A stretch of 64,000 nucleotides of DNA from Squalus acanthias (GCA_030390025.1 CM059432.1:133612001-133676000), one strand, 5' to 3'. Positions 49,276-62,055 are shown, counted from the stretch's first letter. Notes: generated by a model not told the origin, from the sequence alone. Translations and numbers: made by a program.

Positions 49276-49782
49276 CAACAACAACTTGCATATATATAGC
49301 ACCTTTAACGTAGTAAAGCATCCCAAGGCGCTTCACAGGAGCGTTATCCAACAAAATTTGCCACCGAGCCACATAAGGAGATATTAGGACAGGTGACCAA
49401 AACCTTGGTCAAAGAGGTAGGTTTAAGGAGCGTCTTAAAGGAGGAGAGCGCGGCGGAGAAGTCGAGAGGTTTAGGGAGGGAATTCCAGAACTTAGGGCCC
49501 AGGCAGCTGAAGGCACGGCCACCAATGGTGGAGCGATTCAAATCGGGGATGCTCAAGACGGGAGAATTGGGAGGAGTGCAAGGATCTCGGAGGGTTGTAG
49601 GGCTGGAGGAGGTTACAGAGATAGGGAGGGGCGAGGCCATGGAGGGATTTGAAAACAAGGATGAGAATTCTAAAATCGAGGTGTTGCCGGACCGGGAGCC
49701 GATGTAGGTCAGGGAGCACAGGGGTGTTGGGTGAACGGGACGTGGTGCGAGGTAGGATACGGGTAGCAGAGTTTTGGATGAG
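49276..49782 (-). mobile_element. L2 3' fragment
   Basis: IQNSATRIL...LHRLPV...FRILILVFKSLHGLAPPYL, with a (ttg)n tail. Confidence 0.92.
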
Positions 49783-50802
49783 ATTGATCACAAACAATAA
49801 GATTATTTTATATGTATCAGTTACTGATCAACGTTAGACAGTGTGGTAGCTCCCCTCCCTTTCACAGTAACACAGCTCTGTTCCCTCGACATACAAATAT
49901 ATGAATATGACAGTAAAAGCATAGCTTTCATGTAAAAGTACACTAAATCACAAACCACTGGAGCTGGAGTCTTTCCCCCTTCTGTTCTACCTTGGTTATG
50001 TTCAGTTGCATTGGTCTTTTCTCAGACCATCACTTTGAAATATTCAACTTTATGTGTGTTCAGCCCTTGTGCTGTTTTATCAGGTCACTGCCAGGCTAAA
50101 ACAGCTGAGGTTTCGAACAGCTTGGTGTTCACATCCCTAACTATCTGCTTTTTTGTTGTTGCGTCGTATGCAGTGCTAATGAATATCTTAGAATTAGTGG
50201 TTCTACTTGAGCTTTCGACGCAATGCGCTTTACTTCAGTCTATGGTTTGTAAAGTTTATGTCTTTAGTTTGCTAATTGAGCTAACCAATATGTGTTCCCT
50301 TCGTTCCCCGTAAGGATTCATTCTAGCGATCGTTTCTGCTTGCTAAGCATATACACAAAGAATAACAGATGGTCAGGTGTGAATTACAGATGTGTGGTGT
50401 ATGTGGTTCACGGTTGGCTTTGGGTCACTGCATCCACGAATGATGAAACCACGTGTGCACATGCTAGCCCAAAACCACAAGGGACCCGACATACATCTGA
50501 AATTCGTCCCTTGACCAGCTGCTATTCTATATAATATGCACAAGGCATTTGTTTCCCCTTGTTTCCGCATGTGACAAAATATGGCCAGTGGCAAATCTGG
50601 CTGAGTGAATTACACAGGTGAGGAGGCTGTCGGTAATGAACGATGGCTGTGTGATATCACCAGTGCAACACAAGGTCTAACAGCAGAGGTGCAAAAGTTA
50701 CAGAAACAAATAAAATGCATGCTGATGCATAAATGTGCGGTTTACGGAGAAATTATTTGAAAGCAAATCCAATCCAAAGTACTTTGCATATATTATAAGA
50801 CA

Positions 50803-51488
50803 ATAGAGAAGGCTGAGGGGTGACCTAATAGAGGTCTTTAAAATTACGAAGGGGTATTATGAATATGGTAGACGTAGAGAAAATGTTTCTGCTTGTGGGG
50901 GAATCCAAAACCAGGGGTCATAAATATAAAAGCAAAATACTGCGGATGCTGGAAATCTGAAATAAAAACAGAAAATGCTGGAAATACTCAGCAGGTCAGG
51001 CAGCATCTGCGGAGAGAGAAACAGAGTTAACGCTTCAGGTCGATGACCCTTCGTCAGAACTGGAAAAAGCTGGAGATGGAACAGGTTTTTAAGCAAGTGG
51101 AGGGGCAGGGAAAGGGGGGAGGGGAGGAAAGAACAAACGGGAAGGTCTGTGATAGGGTGGAAGGCAGGAGAGATTAAGAGACAAAAAGATGATGGTGCAA
51201 GGCAAAAGGATAAATATAAGATAGTCACTAATAAATCTAATAAGGAGAAGCTTCTTTACCCAGAGAGTGGTTAGAATGTGGAACTCACTACCGCGGGGAG
51301 TGGTTGAGGCGAATAGCATAGATACATTTAAGGGGAAGCAGGAAAAACACACGAGGGAGAACGGAATAGAGGGTAATGCTGATAGGGTTAGATGAAGTAG
51401 GCTGGGAGGAGGCTCGTGTGGAGCTAAAACACTGCCATGGACCAGTTAGGCCGAAAGGCCTGTTTCTGCACTGTAATTTCTATGTAAT
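50803..51488 (+). mobile_element. CR1 3' fragment interrupted by a Penelope-type tail
   Basis: LRGDLIEVFKI...FFTQRVVRMWNSLP, then 3' UTR. Confidence 0.85.
50930..51209 (-). mobile_element. Second-family Penelope-type 3' tail with hammerhead-like motif (51025-51061)
   Basis: 10-bp TSD ATAAATATAA at 50920 and 51210. Motif guu CUGACGA a GGGUC auc GACCU GAAG CG UU aac. Confidence 0.7.
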
Positions 51489-53412
51489 ATATAAATACTG
51501 ACCCAGCAGAATGGTTGAGATTGAAGTCAAAAAGTTATTACTAAGTTGTCAAAATTAAAGATTTCAATGTGTAATGGATTTTACAAAGGTTAAAGCTGGT
51601 GATAATGATGCTGATGTTGTCATAGTACCGTGTGGTCACATTGCACAATTATTGTGCTGTAAGTGGATCGTGGTGCACTACTGAAGGGTTATGATTTTGG
51701 TGAGTTTCCGGCACCTCAATGTATTCCCTGCCGCAACTGGCTGGTTATTTCTAATATGGTGTAATAAACAAATTTGAAAAACATGAATAAAGTTCTGCGA
51801 ATGGCGCACACCTGTGTGGATTAGCTGTGTGCCCCGGGGTGCTGTAATGAATACCAAGCAGTGTGCAAGAGACATTGTACGACTGTCTTGACAGGGGGGA
51901 AAATTAATTATGCTGACAATACTTTACTCATTTTCTTATATTTTCTTTGCACATAAGATTTATTCATGCATTTGCAATACACAGCCTGGAAAATAACGTG
52001 TCTCACATTAATCAAACACTGCAGACAAATAACTAATCCCTGCGCCAAAGGGCCTGGCTTCAGTTTTGATATTATTACAATTGGAATGGAATCCAACTGC
52101 AAGCCAAGCAGCAAAGTGGAGATTAAGCAAGATGCAGCTACTACCCATGAACGGATTTTTTTTTGTTATTGTAATAGACAAGTAAAAAGCACCTAAAATC
52201 CACATATAGAATGAAGTAATTTTCCTTTTCGAAATTATGAGCAATGCACAATTAGCATGCTCGCCGCAGCTTTCTGCACGGAAGGAGGCATCAGAAAGGA
52301 TCCGTAGCTTTTTCCTTGCATCAACAGGCAAACAATGCAGAACAAATTGTATCACAGGCTAGTTGAAGGCCCTGGAAGAGGACTTTCATTATAGTGTTTG
52401 GATAATTAGATTGATCAGGCTTTGCTAAATTCTCAAGCTTTCTAATTCTAGCGGGCAGTCTCATGGATTAAGGGTCAGACAGATGGTTTCATAACTGCAC
52501 GAGAAAGTCATTACTCTTAAACCGATGATGAGCAGTAGTATTTGAAGTGACAGCTTTACTTTCCAGTGCTGCTTTTGTCAAACTGAACACCTGGATTCAG
52601 CCTTTAAACCAATGTCTCTCAAACTGGTCTTTGGATGCTGAAAAGATAAGACCATTACATTTTAAGAACGCGTTTATGAAGCAGCTGGAATAACTTGCCC
52701 CACACTGCTGTGCATTTTAGATCTGCTCATGAAGTGCAATCAAACACGTGAGCCTCCATGTTGCATTTTAATCTTGGTGCAAACTGTCCCAGAAACAATG
52801 CTGCTCTTTAAACAACACGGATTATCAGATAATAATTCCTGCATATTTTATCATTGATTGAGCTAATTTAAATCATCTTATATCTGTAATCGAGGCTTAA
52901 ATAATATTCACGAATGCTGTCCTTCCATCAGTCATGGCGACACCAACAAGACACTAAGGTCATTTTTACAGCAGGTAAATGAAATGCTACTTCAACACAG
53001 ATGTTTTAGCAACACGATGCGTTGTGGCATTAGCGCGTTTCTGACACCGCAATGATAGGCAGGAGACCCTGCTGTTTATTCTGTATTATTCGGCACATAC
53101 AAAAATCTGATCATATCAATTTGCGATTAGAACATTTTTGAAACCAAAACCATTAAAATGGAATAGATTTCCAAAGGATTTCTCACCGAGGTCAGTGCTT
53201 TTCACACTTTTCCATGTGGGATACACACAGAAAATAGTGGCACACTGCTTTGGATCCTCTCTCCATAGATTTACTAAAGGCCACAATGTAATGCGATTGT
53301 GACGCAATGCCATCTGGTTATGAACTTTTTACGTCTGTTACTATTAGTTGTTCAGCATTCATAAAATCAACACATCCACTGTATATTTCTGTGAGTTACA
53401 GCAAATGCAGTA

Positions 53413-53744
53413 CAGGAAACTTTCGTTTATCCGGCACCCAAATATCCGGAATTCTCGCTTAACCGGCAAAAATCAGGTAAGTTTTACTATGCAGACAAGA
53501 CCCCGATTCTGACCTTTCGCCCCCACGAAAGGGGGGTCAACGTTCTTCCGACTCGGACCTGTCGCCGCCACGGAGGAAAAAGCCGGAGTCTCATTTACTT
53601 TCCCTCTCCGGGTCCCTATTTTTAAGCCTGTGGCCGTGTACGGGGCTCTCGTACCTTGGTAAGTATACCTCTCTGTCATCCGGAACTTTCGATCAACCGG
53701 CACCACGCCGGTCCCGTCGGTGCCGGATAAACGAAAGTTTCCTG
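53413..53744. mobile_element. Tc1/mariner-pogo (Tigger-like) MITE
   Basis: Perfect 26-bp TIR CAGGAAACTTTCGTTTATCCGGCACC with TA TSD. Confidence 0.85.
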
Positions 53745-54199
53745 TACTATTATCCCTCTAATGATGAAGGAAGCTAAAGTGGAACTTGTGTAATACTAAT
53801 CATGAAAGTGCCAGAAATGCAGTATTTCTATTTGCAGTTTTCAAAACTTCACACAGCACTCCATGACCAGATATCATCAGAGTCTGCCATGTGAACTTCA
53901 AGGCTGGATTCTGTCTGACATGCGAATTGTGAAGGATGGTGTTATTGACAGAGTGAGCCACTGCAATGCATCATCATAGACAACAACCTACCCAAGAGTC
54001 CTTAAAGCACTCCTCAAAATCCACTGTCCACTCTATGGTGTATCTCTCCCAACTGTCAACCTTTCTCATTCCTCAATCCCTTCTCCAACTCCTGCTCTAC
54101 CCCAATCAGCTCAGCTCTTGCTCCCCCGCACCTCCAGTACTGATGACCTCCATAGTCTGCTGGGAACCTCTAACAGATCCCCAAAATGACAGAGAGCCA

Positions 54200-54677
54200 A
54201 AGAAGGAAAGAAAGAAAGAAAGAACTTGCATTTATATAGTGTCTTTCATGAGGTACTAAAGCGCTTTACAGCCAATTAATTACTTTTGAAGTGTCATCAC
54301 TGTTGTAATGTGGGCAAATGCAGTAGCCAATTTGCACACAGCAAGATCCCACAAACTGCAATGAGGTAATGACGAGATAATCTGTTTTAGTTGGTTTAGT
54401 GATGTTGGTTGAGGGGTAAATATTGGCCAGGACACTGGGGAGCACTCCCGTGCTCTTCTTCGAAATAGTACCGTGGGATCTTTAACGTCCACCTGAGAAG
54501 GAAGACAGAGCCTCGGTTTAATGTCTCATCTGAAAGACGGCACCACCGACAGTGCAGCACTCCCTCAGTACTGCACTGGAGTGTCAGCCTAGATCTTATG
54601 CTCAAGTATCTGAAGTGGGGCTTGAACCCACAACCTTCTGACTCAAAGGCGAGAGTGCTACCACTGAGTGACGGTTG
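54200..54677 (-). mobile_element. DeuSINE (SacSINE1-like) copy
   Basis: Reverse complement of 20356-20822. Confidence 0.9.
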
Positions 54678-54684
54678 GTGCTAC

Positions 54685-54905
54685 ATTAGGACAGGTGGCC
54701 AAAAGCTTGGTCAAAGAGGTAGGTTTTAAGGAGCAGCTTAAAGGAGAGAGAGGTGGCAAACGGGAGAGGTTTAGGGAGGGAAATCCAGGGCTGAGAGCCG
54801 AGATGGCTGAAGGCATGGCTGCAAATGGTGGAGCAAAAGAAGTGGGGGATGCTCAAGAGGCTAGAGTTGGAGCTACGCAGAGATCTCAGACATTTGTAGG
54901 GCTGG
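54685..54905 (-). mobile_element. L2 fragment
   Basis: Similar to 12700-12910. Confidence 0.8.
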
Positions 54906-56454
54906 GTACGGATTGAGGGCAAGGGAGCAGGAAGTCCTAACTTAGGGAGTCTCTGCCACCTGGCCCCATTCATCTTAGTCAATGGCCTTGTCGGACTGGG
55001 CAGAGGCACAAAGTGATCCGGGAAAATGTAGCTTAATGCCTGGTCCCGGTGAATCCGGGTCCTGGACAAACTTGGGGCCATTCTGGCGGACTACCACAAA
55101 ACCTGCGGCAGGAATTTGGGGGCCAATCTGTATGCCAAGAGTAAGAACTACAGCATTACCTGCACTTGTTTGTAAGCCAATACTTTGCTTAACATGATAG
55201 TTCTTCAAAACTTACAGACATACGGTGACAGAGAAACATTGCCGCTTTATAGCGAGCATAATCAGGTCTCACTAAAAAAAAAATTCTCATCATGCTATGA
55301 ATCCATGGGATTCAGTCAAGGCTAGAACTTCAATGACTGGATTATTCTTTACGTCTGAAATACACACCTCTTTCAGGAGGACATGGAAGATGGGTTGTGC
55401 ACTTTGGGTCCTCTGCCTCATGCATCTGTGCTTTCTTTATGACTGGACAACAGACCCCTAGTTATTGGGTGTGGGAACCACATGTATCTAACAATATGAC
55501 TCTGTTCAGCTAGCCAAAATCTCTAATGATCACTGTGCTGCCACAAGCTCCTTCCAAGGCCCTGGTACTGGTACAAGAACAGAAAAATGTTCAAACTGAC
55601 AGGCTTTATTTCCTTGAAGAATGCGGGCGCCTACAGTACACAGAGTAAGATTTAGAGCTTACAGCTGTGTAAAAGTCACTCCCAGGGCCTGAGACCACTT
55701 TCCTCCCCTTTTTGCCCCCACCGTTTCTGCGCACAATTAACAAGCAATGACCGTCTAACCGGGCACCGAGATTAAAGCTGACCTGAGATTCATTCTAAAT
55801 ATTTCAGATCATTAAACCCCTGTTAATTTAACGTGCTCAGATTTCAAAAGAATGCTAATAGCTTTTTAATCATGGTGCATTCGATCCTCTTTGTGGGCAT
55901 CCATATTGTGGTTTGAATGTATTTCTGTGACTTCACGGAATCAGTTTGGAGTTGTACGAGTGAAATTTTACAATGTAGCAAAACCTTTAGGATAACAAAA
56001 GCCTGCATTAATATTTGCAAATGCTGTACTCATCCATGCATGCTCAGTGCCTCTAACTGATTGTTCAAACTGTTGTACTAAGATTTCGATGCAACAAGAG
56101 GTAAGAATTTGGGAGAGTATGATATTAGTCAAGTTGCCCTCACAGCATAGTAATTTTTCAAATTGGTGTGTAAATATCACTTAAATGTTATGAGCAAACA
56201 CAGTTGCCTGAAGGAAACCGCAGTCTCATTAATCCAGGGAACCTGTTTGAGGGGGGTACAAATCTATGGCAAGACACAAAGTACGGCATGAAAAGATAGA
56301 AATGTAACCAAATCCTTATTCTTGTGGTGCACAGGACTTTCGTACACTGCTTGCTGCTGCGCACAAGAAACTCAGTTTGCATTGTAAATGTCTGAATTCC
56401 CGCAACCTGCAGCTGAGACAGCGGAGAACCATGAAAAACGGTGAGAAAGGGAAA

Positions 56455-56920
56455 GACAGAAAGAGAAAGAAAGAGAGAGAAAGAAAGACTTGCATTTCTA
56501 TAGCGCCGTTCATGACCTCAAAACGTTCCCAAAGCGCTTTACAGCCAATGAAGTACTTTTGGAGTGTAGTCACTGCTGTAATGTAGGAAACGCGGCAAGC
56601 AATTTGTGCACAGCAAGGTCCCACTAAACAGCAATGACCAGATAATCTGTTTTTAGGTGTTAGTTGGGAGATAAATATTGGCCAGGACACCAGGAGAAGG
56701 CCCCTACCCTTCTTCGAAATAGTGCCATGGGATCTTTTACGTCCACCCGAGAAGGCAGATGGGGCCTCGGTTTAACGTCTCATCTGAAAGACGGCACCTT
56801 CGACAATGCAGCACTCCCTCAATGCTGCACTGGGGTGTCAGCCTAGATTTTATGTTCAAGTCTCTGGAGTGGAACTTGAATCTACAACCTTCTGACTGAG
56901 AGGCGAGAGAGTTACCACTA
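56455..56920 (-). mobile_element. DeuSINE (SacSINE1-like) copy
   Basis: Reverse complement of the SINE body with an (aaag)n tail. Confidence 0.9.
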
Positions 56921-57520
56921 AGGTATACAAGGGTAGGACACAGAATATATAATTTCAGGTTATTTCTTGATAAACGTGTAGCGATTTAGATCAAATTTCT
57001 AGATCCTCTTGTGTAATTATCGCTATACGTAAAGCAGATCGGCAATTACTAACGACACTGCCAGCCACTGCTCAGGATAAGCTGGAGCAGAGGGAGGATC
57101 AATAGGAGATCGCAGCTGGAAATGCAGTGGCATGTGAGGCTGTAGAAGGTTGCAAAGGTAGGGATGAGAGACAGGCGATTGGTCCTTACTGAGGAATTAA
57201 ATGCGAGTGGTGGCGTTTTGGGCGAGTTGCAGTTTACGTGGGGTGAAACTCGGGAGACCAACAAGGAGAAAGTTGGAGAAGTCGAGCCCGTAAAACAGAA
57301 ATAAAACCCTACTACGTAAAAATTGGAATTTTGTTGGGGTAATTTAGCAAGACTCCACCCCTGACATGGAACCTTGCTGGACAGGAGCGCGGGTCGGAGA
57401 CACACTCCACATCAGGAGCAGATGTTCACAAATTCACCCTATATATGGAAATAATGTAATACCATGATACGTAGGTGCAACCTCCAACTAACTGATGGTA
57501 CGATCACCGCATGTGCTGCT

Positions 57521-57873
57521 CACATGCATATCCCACCCGCACGCATGTCCCACCCAAGCACATGTCCCACCCACACGCATGTCCCACCCAAGCACATATC
57601 CCACCCAAGCACATATCCCACCCGCACGCATGTCCCACCCACATGCATATCCCACCCGCACGCATGTCCCACCCACATGCATATCCCACCCGCACGCATG
57701 TCCCACCCACACGCATGTCCCACCCAAGCGCATGTCCCACCCACACGCATGTCCCACCCACGCACATGTCCCACCCACGCACATGTCCCACCCACGCACA
57801 TGTCCCACGCACATGTCCCACCCACGCACATGTCCCACCCACGCACATGTCCCACCCACACGCACATACCCCA
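57521..57873. repeat. 17-bp minisatellite (GCATGTCCCACCCACAC), about 20 copies
   Basis: Direct tandem repeat; it produces the repetitive six-frame ORFs. Confidence 0.95.
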
Positions 57874-58079
57874 CAACTTTTCATTAACCTCATTATTGGC
57901 CAGGTAATCTTCCCTCAAACGAGCACGGCATCTTGAAGCCACCTTGACCCCAAAGAGACTTTGTTTAACTTCTCCCAAAAAAAACAGGAACTAGTTGGTC
58001 GTTAGACAGCTGCCAAGTGCAGGTTTCTTCCTGAAATTCCAGGGAAGGTGGCGGCGGGCCTTCAACTTGAGCGATTGTT

Positions 58080-58310
58080 CATACAACTGAACGACTTGCA
58101 ACTGGGCAGAGCGCAGACTGTAGTCACGTGTAGGGGTGACAGGTTCCCTTCCCTGAAGGATGTTAGTGATAACAGTTGGTCTCTATAACAAAACAGCCGC
58201 TTTCACAGCTATTTGGCCCACAAATGACCAGATTTGTTAAATTCAACTTCACAAGTTGCCCTGGTGGGATTTGAACTCTCAACCCTTGGGTTGCTCTGCC
58301 ACTACCACAC
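58080..58310 (-). mobile_element. tRNA-derived SINE (different family)
   Basis: Minus-strand B box gagttcaaatcccacc, body ...ccttcagggaagggaacctg. Confidence 0.55.
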
Positions 58311-59564
58311 CCACCACAGAAGAAGAAAGAAGAAGAAGAAATAGTGCGCAAGAAGGGAATGAGAAAATAACATCCAATTCTACATAAAAGCAGGGCTCAA
58401 GGGAATAACTCAAGAGTCTGCCAAACCTGTGCTGCTTCCTGCAGTAGCGACTTTGCTTCTGCTAGCAGCTCTCATCTGCTCCCGAGTCATGGATTGTTGC
58501 TGCTTCTAATTCAGAAACAGGATTACGTCTCTTTCCGCGGCTATATCATGCAGCCTGCAGCACACAACTGCCGATTCTCTCTGGGCCATATTAGAGCACC
58601 GTTGGTGCAGTTCAAACACCGGAATGGTTGCTTTAGTATGCTAAATGTCTGTTGAATTGAGATTCCTGCCTCGAGCATGTACTTCAATGTAGGCTCATGG
58701 CTGAGGGGTGTGGGGTTGCATAGCAATGTCATGAACCATATTGTCTTCCCTCCCTTCAAAGGAAAAAATGGAATACAACCAGCAGCACAGAAAGATAAAC
58801 GGCAGGGGACCGCCATCACTCAAAATCCTCATTCCGCACAAAGCATTAGACTGAATAGGCAGATGTGCATGAGCACCAGTAGCAGAGGGAGAGGTTGGAG
58901 ACAAGCTGGCAAGCGAAGGTTGGTAAAGGATGAGCAATGGTCATCATATGCGGTTTCAGCTTCACATGCTTTCTCAAAGTTTGCAATGCCTTCGCCCACT
59001 AAAGGTAAATGCCACTGTCTGCCCTGATCAACAAGCGTTCCCTGTCTTTCACATCATAGGAGGGGTGGTTGGGGGGTGGGGGCGGGTGTGCCTCAGAGGA
59101 ACAGGTCACTCATTCCAATGACTGCTTGGGCACTTCCAGATCCACAGCTGCTGCCACGTCCTCACCAACCTCTGTCCTGCCAGCTTACCTGCGCAGGCAC
59201 CAGCACCTGTGAGGAATCAGTTAGTCTGGCAGGCTGTCGCCAGGTGAGTCCCTGAGCACTAGTGAGAACGAGAACCTGGGAATGGAAGAGAGAGAGGGTG
59301 CTGAGAAGCCTCGAGACATAGATCATGGGGGCCCCGTCTTGAAAGAACGATGATTAGGCAGCATCGATCTCGTGTGGAGGAAGTGGAGACGGTTTCCACA
59401 CATATGATGGAGTTGATGAGTGGGAGGAGTCCATTACACGCATCTGCACATTGCAGCAAGTTTCTCACGACCTGCAGAACACCCTGGAGACTCTGATAGC
59501 CAGGAAGAGTTCTGCAGCATCAAGATGCCAGGAAGAGCTTCTAAGGACAGAGTAGCAAGTATAA

Positions 59565-60320
59565 GGGAGAAAAATTCAGGAGCTTAGCGCCTCCCATTAG
59601 CGCCCGCAGATGGTGGTAATGGGGAGCTGATGCAGTAGCACTGGTGCAAGGCGAATCCAGCGCCGCACGGCAAATCGGGCCCCCCCCCCGTTGCGCCACC
59701 GGTACAAGGTACCGCCAGGGACTTCAACGCCAGGCAGATCGTGATGTCAGTGAGCATGCAATGCTCACTGGGTGCCCGATCTGGAAAATTTATTGTCGCC
59801 ACTTACCTTAGTGCCTCGACAAGACAGCGACAGGGTGAGCTGGCGTGCAGCTGCAGGAAGCCGGCTCCAGCGACGTTATATAAAGGCATCAGCATTAATC
59901 ACTCACAGCTGTCAGGGCAGGTTAGTTTCAGTGGTTCCTTGTCAGTTTCACCCAGTGGAACAGTTTGTATGAATAATTTCAAGCTTCTTTTGTATCAGCA
60001 GTCTTCTGGCAAGTGCAAAGTAGCTACATTTATTGCTCAAAGATTCAAACTGCTGCACTGGCAACATTAATGGGGGCTGTACTGGCATGCCACCTCGTCC
60101 TCCAGCACCTACAGCGGACGGAGCGTAGGCAGCGAGAAATATGGGAACATGTGCACAGAGGGATGAGCTAGGCCTTTAAGACTTGATTTAGCGCCCCAAT
60201 CATTTCTTTGAGTAGTGAGAGTGAATTTTGCGTGAAGTCTAAAGCATTAGCACATGGCACTAATTCTCAAACTTTTCTAAAGATACCGCCCATTCCTGGG
60301 CTATAATGAATTTCTAGCCC
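59565..60320. mobile_element. Harbinger-type MITE related to family A
   Basis: GGGAGAAAAATTCA/TGAATTTCTAGCCC, TSD TAA. Shares gcgcctccc.ttagcgcc and gcagatcgtgatgtcagt with family A. Confidence 0.75.
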
Positions 60321-60349
60321 TAAGGCTTCAATATATGCCTTGTATTTAA

Positions 60350-61043
60350 CACTGTGACTACCCTTTGTGCCAGCTTACTTAATCTATTACTGCTGTGAAG
60401 TGCCCCGAGTAAGTTGTGGTTGAGCAATGGGTGGCTGGCATCACATCCCTGTATATTATCACACTGTTGTTTGTGGGAGCTTGCTGTGCACAAATTGGCT
60501 GCTGCGTTTCCTACATTACAACAGTGACTACACTTCAAAAGTACTTAGTTGGCTGTAAAACGCTTTGGGACATCCGGTGGTCATGAAAGGCGCTATATAA
60601 ATGTTTCTCTTTTTGAGGGTGAGCCTAAATGCCAGATTTGTACAAAGCTTTCAAGATCTGTTTGGGACTAATCAGTCCATGGTGACACTGACCAGTAGCA
60701 CCTTTGAACCTGTGCTCAGCAGCAGTGGCCATCAAGAAGTGAGCACAGATGCCTCTGTCTCTCTGGAGAATGGCAATGAACCTTCTGCCTTAATGCTGCC
60801 TTCCAATGCCTTCACCATGAGGGAGCTTCAGACTTGGGCCCAGCACGCCTTGTTACTGCAAGTGCAAGGCTGCTGGCAACTGCTTCAGCTGGGACAGCAT
60901 CTACCCTGAGACAAGAGTCACCTCACGTCTCCAAGGCTCCAGGGAGGTGATGCCAGCCACCCATCGCTCAACCTCAACTTACTCAGGGGGCACTTCACAG
61001 CGGTAATAGATTAAGTAAGCTGCCACAAAGGGCAGTCACAGTG
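60350..61043. mobile_element. Foldback MITE with ~100-bp TIRs, possibly piggyBac-type; DeuSINE 3' piece inside (60455-60610)
   Basis: 60350-60451 is the inverted repeat of 60940-61043. CAC...GTG termini flanked by TTAA/TTCA. Confidence 0.7.
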
Positions 61044-61513
61044 TTCAGAAGCAACCGTAGAAAGGGACAATAGATTATGTTGGCACTTCCTGGTAAATGC
61101 TGTTGTTCACGTAGAGTTCAGAGTTCATTTCTGTGTATGCTTTCAACTTTCGGGAGTTGGATGATAACAGGGGAAACGTAGGCTTCTGTCTTGCATAGGA
61201 TTTTGTCAGAAGTCTTGGTAAGTGAGGGACTTTGTGAAGGAGTAGGGGGGAGGGGAAGCAGGTATGAAGTGACTTTATTTGGTGAGTTAACCTTTATTTC
61301 TTGGAAGTTCTGGGCGATCAGTTGTGCTCTGGAAGGTAGCTCTCCTGTTTCACTTCCTTTTGTTGTGCACTCTCCTCATGCTTTGGGGCTGCGTAATTAA
61401 GACCTTCTTGGTCGGTAGGCACTGATGAGTGAGTGTTTTCATGTAGGGAAGAGATATCTTCGGCTTTAAAAGCCTCCAACATAGAATATTCCATGTCTTC
61501 TTCATCTTCAAAT

Positions 61514-62055
61514 GTGAGAAGTCGCACAACACCAGGTTATAGTCCAACAGCTTTATTTGAAATCACAAGCTTTCGGAGCGCTGCTCCTTCGTCAGGTGAA
61601 GTGAAGAGATGCATATAGGCACAGCATATATAGTCAGAGAACACTGCCAGATGATTACAGTTAATCTTTCTAACTGCCCTTTATCACACCTCGGCAGAGA
61701 GATAATCACGGCAATCAAAGGTGTGGATGGTGTCCAAACAGGTCAGTCAGGAAAACATTACATCAAAGACAATGAGGTGGGGTCACAAGGGGTCAATTGT
61801 GGCAGATGCTGGGGTCTGTATGGAAAACAAAAGACTTTTTTTGCTGGAAATCACAGCAGGTCCGGCCACATCTGTGTAGAGAGAACAAGCCAACGACGAC
61901 TCGAGTCTGGATGACTCTACGTCAGGTGGGGTTACATGTAGCGTGACATGAACCCAAGATCCCGGTTGAGGCCGTCCTCATGGGTGCGGAACTTGGCTAT
62001 CAGTTTCTGCTCGACGATTTTGCGTTGTCGTGTGTCTTGAAGGCCGCCTTGGAGA
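61514..62055 (-). mobile_element. Penelope-like 3' fragment with hammerhead motif at 61563-61599
   Basis: Same pLTR and GLNRDLGFMSRY end. Motif ucac CUGACGA a GGAGC agc GCUCC GAAA GC UU guga. Confidence 0.88.

Noticed and set aside
55216..55271. 56-nt minus-strand exon candidate with good splice sites
   Set aside because: Not frame-compatible with the phase-2 intron, and no recognisable homology.
57464..57978. Six-frame His/Pro/Cys-rich ORFs, or a CRISPR-like array
   Set aside because: A simple 17-bp tandem repeat with no unique spacers.
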